Made by a program: the position numbers and the translations under genes
Assembly: GCA_039794005.1 (NCBI GenBank)
Contig: JBAMMA010000006.1
Location: 27,679 to 91,678, forward strand
DNA length: 64,000 bases
Origin: Thermoplasmata archaeon
Lineage (GTDB): Archaea; Thermoplasmatota; Thermoplasmata; Thermoplasmatales; ARK-15
Direction: 5' to 3'
Shown: positions 18,686-27,031 of the stretch, piece after piece
How the letters are laid out: the number at the start of each line of letters is the position of its first letter
Numbering within the stretch: the stretch's first letter is position 1
Notes under the pieces: generated by a model
What the model saw: the letters and a program-made list of their open reading frames with translations, nothing else
Database searches by the model: none
Told to the model about the DNA's origin: nothing

Positions 18686-19432
18686 ATGTACATGAGGGAA
18701 AAAATAATTGAAAGGGTTAGAGAAAGCGAACATGTTTATACACTAAAATTTAAAAGTGAAATGAAGGTGAAACCAGGACAGTTTGCAATGGTATGGTTAC
18801 CGGGCGTTGATGAAATTCCTCTGAGTTTTTCATATGTGGATGAAATAAAGGGATTTACATTCAAGGTAGTTGGAAATGGAACAAGAGAACTTAGCAAATA
18901 TGATGTGGATGATTACATCATATTTCGAGGACCTTATGGAAATTGGTACTATGATGATGGTGAAAAAGCCTTATTTATAGCTGGAGGTACGGGAATAGCT
19001 TCAATTGCACCATTCATTGAAAAATCTAATGCCAAAAAAAAGTTTGCAATATTGGGAGCAAAATCAAAAGGTGAAATATTTTTCTATAATAGAATAAAAA
19101 ATAGTGTGGATGATATTCTTGTATTTACAGAAGATGGATCATTCGGTGAAAAGGGGATTGTTACGGACGGTCTTTCAAGATTCGATTATGACATTATTTA
19201 TGCATGCGGACCTGAAAAAATGGTTAAAAACATATTAAGTAAAAAACAAATCAAAATGCAGGCAAGTCTCGAAAGGTTGATGAAATGCGGTATAGGGATA
19301 TGCGATTCTTGCTCTATAAATGGATATAGAGTATGCAAAGATGGACCAGTATTCAGCTATGATATACTAATAAACATGGAAGACCTTGGAAATATAAATA
19401 GGTCGGCATCTGGAAAAATTGTAAAAATGTGA
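18686..19432 (+). CDS. pyrK: dihydroorotate dehydrogenase 1B electron-transfer subunit (FAD/[2Fe-2S])
   Basis: FAD/NAD-binding fold (GQFAMVWLPGVDEIPLSFS; FIAGGTGIASIAP). C-terminal cluster motif CGIGICDSCSINGYRVCKDGPVF. Start is ambiguous (GTG 18677, ATG 18686 or 18692). Confidence 0.85.
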   Translation: MYMREKIIERVRESEHVYTLKFKSEMKVKPGQFAMVWLPGVDEIPLSFSYVDEIKGFTFKVVGNGTRELSKYDVDDYIIFRGPYGNWYYDDGEKALFIAGGTGIASIAPFIEKSNAKKKFAILGAKSKGEIFFYNRIKNSVDDILVFTEDGSFGEKGIVTDGLSRFDYDIIYACGPEKMVKNILSKKQIKMQASLERLMKCGIGICDSCSINGYRVCKDGPVFSYDILINMEDLGNINRSASGKIVKM

Positions 19433-19437
19433 TTTAA

Positions 19438-20244
19438 ATGAATGCATATTTTAAAATAATCAGGCCTGTAAATTCATTCATGTCCGCATTCTCAGTTATT
19501 GTTTTATCCATTTCAATAGGAAAAATTGATTTTATAAAAATATTATTTGGTATGTTAGTTACATTTCTTACAACATCTGGTGGTAATGTTATAAATGATT
19601 ATTTTGATTATGAAATAGACAAAATAAACCATCCGGAGAGACCCATTCCCTCTGGAAAGATTGATAGAAATCATGCCCTATACTATTCAATTTTACTTTT
19701 TATTTTAAGCGTTATATTTTCGATATTTCTGGGAATAATACCTTTAATAATAGATGTGATTGCTATTTTATTGTTGATAACATATGAATATAAAACAAAA
19801 AATGTTGGTTTCATAGGGAATTTACAAATTTCATTCTTAATATTCATGTTGTTTCTCTTTACAGGTTCAATATATTCAGAATATATTTTACCGTCCCTGC
19901 TAGGTGTTATGGCAATGTTTTCAAATCTTGCAAGGGAAATAACAAAAGATGTTGAGGACGTTGAGGGAGATATAAACAGAGTAACGTTACCTAAGAGGAT
20001 TGGAATAAAAAAATCGCTTTGGACATCCACAATTTTTGTTTTATTATCTGTTTCATTATCACCCCTACCATACTTCTTAAAATTCTATAATATTTATTAT
20101 ATTATAATAGTATCAATTGCAGATGCTATATTTTTATATTCTTCTTACATACAATGGAAAGATCAAAGGAAAGGTCAAAAATATTTGAAATTGGCAATGA
20201 TAATTGCCTTGATCTCATTCCTCATCGGAGGTCTGTTTAGATGA
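19438..20244 (+). CDS. digeranylgeranylglyceryl phosphate synthase (UbiA-family prenyltransferase)
   Basis: Polytopic membrane protein with NVINDYFDYEIDKINHPERPIPSG and a second Asp-rich motif KDVEDVEGD. Confidence 0.85.
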   Translation: MNAYFKIIRPVNSFMSAFSVIVLSISIGKIDFIKILFGMLVTFLTTSGGNVINDYFDYEIDKINHPERPIPSGKIDRNHALYYSILLFILSVIFSIFLGIIPLIIDVIAILLLITYEYKTKNVGFIGNLQISFLIFMLFLFTGSIYSEYILPSLLGVMAMFSNLAREITKDVEDVEGDINRVTLPKRIGIKKSLWTSTIFVLLSVSLSPLPYFLKFYNIYYIIIVSIADAIFLYSSYIQWKDQRKGQKYLKLAMIIALISFLIGGLFR

Positions 20245-20987
20245 ATGTTGAAAAATATTTGATTGAAAAAATAAAGAATGAAAAAGTGCACCTCACATTA
20301 ATAGATCCCGCTAAACAGAGCCCTGAGAAGGCTGGAGAAATTGCAAAAAATATAGAAAAATCCGGGTCTGACGGAATAATGATCGGTGGCTCAACACATA
20401 TTACAAATGATTTAATGGACAACACAATATTAAAAATCAAGGAAAATTCATCACTTCCGGTTATAATTTTCCCAAGCGGAGTAAGCAGTATTTCAAAACA
20501 TGCTGACGCTATATTTTTCATGAGCATGTTGAATTCATCATCCAGGGAATTTTTAATAGAGCATCAGGTTATGGCATCTAAGCCGATTAAAGATATGAAG
20601 ATAGAACCAATATCAATGGCCTATCTGGTTGTTGAACCCGGTATGACTGTTGGAAAAGTAGGAAGGGCAATTTTAATAAAAAGGGATGACATAAGAACAG
20701 CAGTTTCATATGCTTTGGCCGCCCAGTTCCTAGGATTCCACTTTGTTTATTTGGAGGCTGGTTCTGGTGCACCTGATCCTGTAAGCGAGGAAATGGTAAA
20801 GGCTGTTAAAAGCGAAATAGACATTCCCCTGATAGTTGGTGGGGGTATAAGAACACCCGAAAAGGCAAAAAGTATTGCCTCATCCGGGGCCGATATAATA
20901 GTTACGGGCACACTCGTTGAAAAGCATCAAAATTACGGGGAAATCATAGAATCGATAGTTAAAAGCATAAAAAATATTAAATATTAA
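20241..20987 (+). CDS. geranylgeranylglyceryl phosphate synthase (PcrB/GGGPS family)
   Basis: HLTLIDP, GSDGIMIGGS, FVYLEAGSGA, IPLIVGGGIRTPEKA. ATGA start/stop overlap with the DGGGPS gene. Confidence 0.85.
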   Translation: MNVEKYLIEKIKNEKVHLTLIDPAKQSPEKAGEIAKNIEKSGSDGIMIGGSTHITNDLMDNTILKIKENSSLPVIIFPSGVSSISKHADAIFFMSMLNSSSREFLIEHQVMASKPIKDMKIEPISMAYLVVEPGMTVGKVGRAILIKRDDIRTAVSYALAAQFLGFHFVYLEAGSGAPDPVSEEMVKAVKSEIDIPLIVGGGIRTPEKAKSIASSGADIIVTGTLVEKHQNYGEIIESIVKSIKNIKY

Positions 20988-21007
20988 AATGATTATATTC
21001 ATTTTGA

Positions 21008-21331
21008 ATGCTTATTAAAGACAAGAATAATAAGGATGCAGAAAATACAGATTTATCTCTATCAATACTCTATGATAAAGAGAAGAATATTGAGAACGAA
21101 ATAAAGGAGATATCTCTGGAAATTACAAAAATAAAGAATGATCTGACAGAAATCAAAAAATCGCTCGGTATTCTGCAGAACAGTCTTTCCACTTTAAATG
21201 TTATATCCACAAAAATAAGCTCAATTGAATTCACTTTGAATGATAAACTTGATAAAAAAACGGATGAAATCGTATCAACCATATTAACGACAATTCCGGA
21301 AAAAAAAGAAAGAAAGAAAAAAAATTTATAA
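21008..21331 (+). CDS. hypothetical coiled-coil protein with basic C-terminal tail (107 aa)
   Basis: Heptad-like K/E/I/L-rich sequence (NIENEIKEISLEITKIKNDLTEIKKSLGILQNSLSTL) ending PEKKERKKKNL. Lies 12 nt upstream of the large ATPase gene. Confidence 0.45.
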   Translation: MLIKDKNNKDAENTDLSLSILYDKEKNIENEIKEISLEITKIKNDLTEIKKSLGILQNSLSTLNVISTKISSIEFTLNDKLDKKTDEIVSTILTTIPEKKERKKKNL

Positions 21332-21343
21332 TGGTTGATTGAA

Positions 21344-23869
21344 ATGGGAGGGGAATTAGACGTTAAAAATAATGCATATTATTTTAGCTTTCCCAACGTT
21401 CATGTAGACAAGGAAACGCACAAAGATTTGTCTTTGATATATTCCAACTATGTACATTCAACGCACAGATCATTTGGAATAGGCATTTTTGTAAATAATG
21501 GGAACGTAAATTTCTTTACATCTAACGATGACATATATTCATTGAAAACGATTTACAAGAATTTAGAGAGGGATCATATAATAGGTAAATTTGATATCAG
21601 GAATTTTAATCATAATTTTACATCTGCATTTACGAAAAAGGATTTTATAAATCCGTATAATGAAAGGATAGATTTTTTTGAACACATAATATCTTACATT
21701 TCATGGTTCCACGATATATCTTTTCTGCTTTACATACTTCTCGAACCTTGGTATTATGAAAAAAATAGGAAGGTTTTCAAAATAAGGATTAAACTTTCAC
21801 TTGATGATAAAAATTATTCGGATAGATTGATATCAATAATAGAATCCTACTGGGGAAATGCTAACAATAGATTGAAAATGGTTCCTGAAAATAGGATTAA
21901 CATATTTTACAAAAAGTATGCATATTTGGATAACAAATTCTTTCATACAATAATTCCTTATCCAGGGGAGCACATATTAAAAATTAAAAAGAAAAATATC
22001 GAAAATGATATAAAGATAAGAATACCGATTGGAAATGATTCTGTATCATCAGAGGAGATTAATTTATTGTTAAATGAATATGATGGTTCTACAACATTTA
22101 TAATAGGACAAACAGGTTCTGGTAAAAGTACTCTTTTATTAAACATTTTTTCAAGAATTAAAGAATTGGATTATCCAATAATAGTTCTAGATCCGACGGG
22201 AGATTTGGCCAGAAAGATGATTAATATAACTGACGATAAAAGAACAATATACATTTCTCCCATTGAAGTTCCTGTTTCAATGAATTTGATGAAGAGTGCA
22301 CATGAAAATATAAAATATAGTGCTCCCAAAATTGCTGAAGATTTAATAATGATGTTAAAAGATGTTACAGAGAGCGAATCAAAAATACCCGGAGGCCTTG
22401 TTGGGACAAAAATTGAAGATATAATAAGAAATTCCGTTGCCGGTTTGGCAGAACTGCCAAATACAACAATTCTTGACATTTATGATATTATTTCAAATGA
22501 GGAAAAGAGGAAAATGTTTCATTCGATTTCAAAAAACGAGGAGTTTAAAAATTTCCTTGAAAGAATTGAAGATATGGATGATGAAGACATTGGAAGCACC
22601 AGGAGGGTATTATCATTCATAAAAACGAATCCAATTTTAAAAGAAATGTTATGTTCACGATCACCACTCTTTGACTTCGAGGAAATATTTGAAAAAAATA
22701 TGATTGTGATCATAGACGGAGATAGATCTAACATAGGTGAAAATGTATCTAAATTCATATTATCTTCAATGTTGACAATGATATGGATAAATGTGCAGAG
22801 GAAAAATAAAAAGGCATTTTTAATATTGGATGAAATACAGGACTATTCAAATTCATCGCTGAATGAAATGGTATCAATGGGAAGGAAAAATAATGTTGAA
22901 ATACTGATGGCAACAACACATCTGTCATCTTTAAAACCCGGCATCATAGATTCTCTTATGGCAAATGCAAAAAATTTCGTTATATTTAAGAGCTCACCTT
23001 CAGACGCGAGGGATTTTTCAGAAAAGATAGGAATTGACAAAAACGTTTTAATTAATCTGGATATTGGAAAGGCATACTTCCATTCATCTTATTATTCGGG
23101 AATAATAAACACACATAATATCAAATTTATTGAAAAGGATTACAGAAATATAATTTCTTATTCAAAAATGTATGTTCATAACATTCCAAAGAAAAATAAA
23201 TCCATTATTTATGACACAATATTTTTGAAATCCATGAACGTTGAGCCTTCGATTGAAGAAATAAAGAACATCAGGATATATTCAAAAACCGGTGATCAGG
23301 ATAGCATAGAAGAAGAAATAAAAAATCTATTGGATAATGGTGAAATTGAGATCAAGAACAGCGTTATATCATTGAAAAACAACATAGTTTTGGATAAAAG
23401 GATAGAAAAATTGATTTCCCTTGGTTTGCTAATTAGGGAAAATGGAGAACACAAATACCTTTGTTTCCCCTATTCGGGTTTTGGATCATTGAACTTTTTT
23501 GAAAAGGTAAATGTGGAATTTTTGGAAAATGAAATAATATTAAACGATAAAATATATTCCCTGGAAGAATTCTTGCAGATAAAGAATGATGATAAATTGC
23601 TGAAATTAATTGAAAACATGTTTGGATCTTTAGATGGGAAAAATATTATAATTACATCATCAAGAAAAATTTCAGAATGTTTTAGAAAATTATATCCGGA
23701 TGAATCAAAATATTATATGAATACATTGGAAAGAGCTATTAAAAATGAATTGTTGAGGAATAAAAAAGCTGAATTGATAAAAACAAAAATAGGAAAAATA
23801 TCCATGAGGGTTTTAAAACTAAATATTTCCAAAATGCCAGATTGCGATATATACATTGATAATTCATAG
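21344..23869 (+). CDS. large P-loop NTPase of the FtsK/HerA superfamily (TraD/VirD4-coupling-protein-like or HerA-like) with unknown N-terminal domain and wHTH-like C-terminal region
   Basis: Walker A FIIGQTGSGKSTLL (nt 22106-22132) followed by IIVLDPTGD. About 230 aa of mostly helical insertion. Walker B AFLILDEIQDY (22817-22834), then MGRKNNVEILMATTHLSSL. C-terminal LDKRIEKLISLGLLIRENGEHKY. The track start is TTG 21335; the first ATG is 21344. Confidence 0.6.
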   Translation: MGGELDVKNNAYYFSFPNVHVDKETHKDLSLIYSNYVHSTHRSFGIGIFVNNGNVNFFTSNDDIYSLKTIYKNLERDHIIGKFDIRNFNHNFTSAFTKKDFINPYNERIDFFEHIISYISWFHDISFLLYILLEPWYYEKNRKVFKIRIKLSLDDKNYSDRLISIIESYWGNANNRLKMVPENRINIFYKKYAYLDNKFFHTIIPYPGEHILKIKKKNIENDIKIRIPIGNDSVSSEEINLLLNEYDGSTTFIIGQTGSGKSTLLLNIFSRIKELDYPIIVLDPTGDLARKMINITDDKRTIYISPIEVPVSMNLMKSAHENIKYSAPKIAEDLIMMLKDVTESESKIPGGLVGTKIEDIIRNSVAGLAELPNTTILDIYDIISNEEKRKMFHSISKNEEFKNFLERIEDMDDEDIGSTRRVLSFIKTNPILKEMLCSRSPLFDFEEIFEKNMIVIIDGDRSNIGENVSKFILSSMLTMIWINVQRKNKKAFLILDEIQDYSNSSLNEMVSMGRKNNVEILMATTHLSSLKPGIIDSLMANAKNFVIFKSSPSDARDFSEKIGIDKNVLINLDIGKAYFHSSYYSGIINTHNIKFIEKDYRNIISYSKMYVHNIPKKNKSIIYDTIFLKSMNVEPSIEEIKNIRIYSKTGDQDSIEEEIKNLLDNGEIEIKNSVISLKNNIVLDKRIEKLISLGLLIRENGEHKYLCFPYSGFGSLNFFEKVNVEFLENEIILNDKIYSLEEFLQIKNDDKLLKLIENMFGSLDGKNIIITSSRKISECFRKLYPDESKYYMNTLERAIKNELLRNKKAELIKTKIGKISMRVLKLNISKMPDCDIYIDNS

Positions 23870-25441
23870 AAAATCGAAAAGTGTACTCTGTCCTTTAATA
23901 TTTTTTCTATTCAATTTATTATCACTTTTGCTCATGTTTTTCAACTTTGATTTCATCTTTTTTTCTTTCATCAATGAGGCATAATACATGTTTTCGTCCA
24001 TTGTATCCTCGTATATTAAAAACACAACCCTCCCCGGCCTTGCCCTTCCGGTTCTACCTCTCCTCTGTATATTTCTTATTTCTGAACCTACGGCCTCATG
24101 GAATATTACGAGGTCTGTTTCGGGGATATCTAAGCCTTCTTCTCCGATCTGAGTGCTTATTAATACGTTTATTTCACCGTTTTTAAACATTTCAAGTATT
24201 TTTATCTGTTCTTTTTGAGACATGCCCTTGTCTGAACCCTTTGAGCTCTGACCCAAAAACCTTGATGGCTTAACTCCGGGTAATGTTGATAAATAATTAT
24301 AAAGATCCATGTTTATGTTTCTATAATTTGTAAAGACAATTATCCTGGATTTTGGATTTCTCTTTAACTGATCCAATATAATATCTCCTATCACCTTTAT
24401 CTTAGGTGATATTGATGACTTTTCAACCAAATACTTTGCTCCAATTATCAGATCTACAAATTCTTTCATTTTGGATAATTTCATATCACCCTTGTTTTTC
24501 TTCTCAATTCCATTTTTATATATTTCTTCGAGGTATTCTAGAGATGTTTTTGGGTCCTGGGTTTCAAGGTATTCGATTGCAACCAACATCTTCATTATTA
24601 TTCCTATATAAGATAACAATGGATAAAATGATTTATTACCATTCTGTATTTCATTCCATATGCTTTTTTGCAATTCAACAACTTGACCCTTTGTCAATTT
24701 CTTTGGTATATTTATGTCTGGATACTTTTCTTCAATCTCATTTATTACCTTCGATATTATTTCCCTCAACTTTTCCCTCATGGGTTCAAATTCTGAGGGA
24801 AATTCCAATTTTATAACTTCTATCTTTACACCGTGTATGTATGGGGTAACATCTTCATCGGATTCTGTTCTTATTTCAACATTTTCAATATGAAGATTTT
24901 GCATGATCTCCTTCAGTCTTTCCTCATCTGATCCTGGAGATGCCGTCAAGCCTATTATCAACGCATTTTTACATTTTTCTGTAACATATGTATAAGCATA
25001 CTTTCCAACAGACCTATGAGCTTCATCGACTATGAGCAGTTTTATTTCATCCGGATTGAAAATATTTGATGAAATGTCATTTTCAATAACTTGTGGTGTG
25101 CTAACAATGATGTCGTTATTTTCATAAAGTTCTTTTCTCTGTTCTTTTTTAATGGTTCCCGTTATACTAACGATCTTTTGATTTTTCAGATATTTTTTAA
25201 GCCTTTCTGCATGCTGGTTTACCAAAGGCCTAGTAGGGGCAAGCAGTAATATTTTAGGGCCTCTTTTGTTTAAAAGTTCAGCCATGATGAGAATCGCAAT
25301 TTCTGTTTTTCCTGCACCCGTTGGCAAAACTATTAATGAATTTTTTCCCTTATTTAATACACTTTTTGCAATTGATTCCTGGTATTTTCTTCTCTCCAAT
25401 GTATTTTCTTTTATTTCTGGATGATTTACGTATTCAGGCAT
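23864..25441 (-). CDS. hef: Hef/FANCM-family SF2 helicase, helicase domains only (no XPF-type nuclease domain)
   Basis: Collinear with the remembered Pyrococcus Hef helicase part: RRKYQESIAKSVL..NSLIVLPTGAGKTEIA, LLLAPTRPLVNQHAE, LLIVDEAHRSVGKYAY, GLTASPG, IIVFTNYR, LISTQIGEEGLDIPE, IQRRGRTGR. The ORF stops at aa 525, where Hef has its linker. Confidence 0.8.
   Translation of the reverse strand: MPEYVNHPEIKENTLERRKYQESIAKSVLNKGKNSLIVLPTGAGKTEIAILIMAELLNKRGPKILLLAPTRPLVNQHAERLKKYLKNQKIVSITGTIKKEQRKELYENNDIIVSTPQVIENDISSNIFNPDEIKLLIVDEAHRSVGKYAYTYVTEKCKNALIIGLTASPGSDEERLKEIMQNLHIENVEIRTESDEDVTPYIHGVKIEVIKLEFPSEFEPMREKLREIISKVINEIEEKYPDINIPKKLTKGQVVELQKSIWNEIQNGNKSFYPLLSYIGIIMKMLVAIEYLETQDPKTSLEYLEEIYKNGIEKKNKGDMKLSKMKEFVDLIIGAKYLVEKSSISPKIKVIGDIILDQLKRNPKSRIIVFTNYRNINMDLYNYLSTLPGVKPSRFLGQSSKGSDKGMSQKEQIKILEMFKNGEINVLISTQIGEEGLDIPETDLVIFHEAVGSEIRNIQRRGRTGRARPGRVVFLIYEDTMDENMYYASLMKEKKMKSKLKNMSKSDNKLNRKNIKGQSTLFDFL
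23867..23890 (-). other. C-terminal PIP-box-like motif QSTLFDFL (putative PCNA-interacting peptide) of the Hef-like helicase
   Basis: The last eight residues fit Q-x-x-L-x-x-F-(F/L). Compare the remembered archaeal RFC-L C-terminal QATLFDFL. Confidence 0.5.
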
Positions 25442-26057
25442 GCCAGAAGGTCACCAACCATCCAGATATTCCATTTAATATGTATTGAACTGCAAAAGCT
25501 GCAACCAAAAGTCCTAAAATTCTTGTAAACGCCCTGGAACCCTTGAGACCTATTAATTTAAACACTTTATCGGCATATAAGAAGAATAGATAGACTGTCA
25601 AAAATACCAATGCCATTGAAACTAATACTAGAATATAATTATATGATTTCATCAATATTATTATTAAAGAGATTGCACCTGGACCCGCAAGCATTGGTGT
25701 AGCCAATGGGACAATACCAACATCTCCGGATTCCTGGAACGATTCTTCACCTTTCTTTGATATTCTTGGTTTGTCCCCCTCTCTTACCATTTCTATACCT
25801 ATCAATAGAATTAATATTCCTCCGGCAATTTCCAATGCCTCTATTGAGATACCAAATAGAGATAGTATATAATCTCCTGCAAATGCGAAAAATAATAAAA
25901 TTAAAAAGCCGTATACTGTACTTTCATACCTTGTTTTTTTCTTTTCATTTTCATCCATATTGCTTGTTAAAGAAATATATAATGCTAAGGATGCAAAGGG
26001 ATCTATCATAACAAACAATGGAATAAAAACGTCCAAAAACTGATAAATTGTAAACAT
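25434..26057 (-). CDS. MarC-family (UPF0056) integral membrane protein
   Basis: 207 aa, about 6 TM segments. N-terminus FIPLFVMIDPFASLALYISLT and GDVGIVPLATPMLAGPGAISL are typical of MarC. Confidence 0.7.
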   Translation of the reverse strand: MFTIYQFLDVFIPLFVMIDPFASLALYISLTSNMDENEKKKTRYESTVYGFLILLFFAFAGDYILSLFGISIEALEIAGGILILLIGIEMVREGDKPRISKKGEESFQESGDVGIVPLATPMLAGPGAISLIIILMKSYNYILVLVSMALVFLTVYLFFLYADKVFKLIGLKGSRAFTRILGLLVAAFAVQYILNGISGWLVTFWHA

Positions 26058-26058
26058 A

Positions 26059-26256
26059 TTATTTAACCCATGTAGCCCTTTCTATATCCCTTTCTTTTTT
26101 TGTTTTTTTCTTGTATTGCTTATAATGTTCTTTGCATAGATGTATATGAGAGGAATTTGTTTTAAGACTAAACATATTTTCTACCTTTTCCCTTGGCAAT
26201 GACTTTACAGCCTGTTCACTGCATCCTGAGACATCACATATCGTATTTTCTCTCAT
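26059..26256 (-). CDS. hypothetical small basic protein with Cys/His cluster (65 aa)
   Basis: CDVSGC...HIHLCKEHYKQYKKKTKKERD. Stop lies 1 nt from the marC-like start. No family recognised. Confidence 0.4.
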   Translation of the reverse strand: MRENTICDVSGCSEQAVKSLPREKVENMFSLKTNSSHIHLCKEHYKQYKKKTKKERDIERATWVK

Positions 26257-26708
26257 GTTTGATAATAGAAACCATTGAATATAAAATTTTTATTATAAGT
26301 ATTACGAATGAAAAGATAGGCTTTTTCTCTAGATACAGGTGGGGTCCAGGAAGTATTATAACGATAATATTATGGATTTCTTTATCAATAATATTTTTTA
26401 TTTTATATTTAAATTATAAATATAAATCTTATTTATTTTTATCCATTTTATCTATGATAGCCACGTTTATAATATTAATAGTAAAGGGTTCTGAGAATAT
26501 AACGATAGATGAAAATAATGATGATGATATAATTGACAAGGATGGCTTTGTTTTGATGGATATTGACATTAATAAACCCGGGGTAGTTAAAATAGAAAAT
26601 CAGATCTGGTCTGCAAAAAGCGACGAATATATAAAAAAAGGGGAAAGGGTAATTGTAGTTAGAAGAGAAGGACTCTATTTAATTGTCAAAAAAATAAATT
26701 TTAAATAA
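26193..26708 (+). CDS. NfeD-like membrane protein (short form, C-terminal OB-fold)
   Basis: Three hydrophobic segments, then PGVVKIENQIWSAKSDEYIKKGERVIVVRREGLYLIVKK (NfeD C-terminal beta-barrel signature). The start is uncertain: the track ATG overlaps the divergent 65-aa gene, and an in-frame TTG at 26259 is an alternative. Confidence 0.6.
   Translation: MAMTLQPVHCILRHHISYFLSCLIIETIEYKIFIISITNEKIGFFSRYRWGPGSIITIILWISLSIIFFILYLNYKYKSYLFLSILSMIATFIILIVKGSENITIDENNDDDIIDKDGFVLMDIDINKPGVVKIENQIWSAKSDEYIKKGERVIVVRREGLYLIVKKINFK
26699..26708 (+). promoter_or_regulatory. TATA-box candidate (TTTTAAATAA) for the RNase P RNA gene, overlapping the NfeD stop codon
   Basis: Centred about 27 nt upstream of the first nucleotide of the P1 helix (26730), the canonical archaeal TATA-to-TSS spacing. 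Confidence 0.45.
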
Positions 26709-26729
26709 CAAAAATTTTTAGTTTAATAT

Positions 26730-27030
26730 GCGAAGAGCCCGAGGGCAACTGACGCTGGTATCTATGTGATACCGGTGAGGAAAGTCCCCCCTCCTGAGAC
26801 ACCGGTCACACCGCAAGGTGTGGTCTCGAGAGAGACGGCAATGGCACAGAAACGACACAGCCATGGTAAAGGATGATTTCATGCGAAGGACGTTTCCATG
26901 GATTTGTTGAAACGGCCAACCACCGGGGAGCAAGCCCAAGCAAACGCGATGACAGGTCTCTCGAGCGTTGGGTGGGGCGCATAGTCGAATGTTGCCTGAA
27001 ACAGAAGGGGGCTTACTACGGGCACTTCGC
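26730..27030 (+). ncRNA. rnpB: RNase P RNA (archaeal type A-like)
   Basis: GC-rich island of about 300 nt. P1 pairing is GCGAAGAGCCCG...CGGGCACTTCGC. Universal CR-I GAGGAAAGTCC at about 26778. CR-V-like ACAGAAGGGGGCTTAC at 27001-27016. The ORFs on both strands here (26718..27032, 26873..27055) have Arg/Pro/Gly/Cys-rich nonsense composition. Confidence 0.9.
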
Positions 27031-27031
27031 A

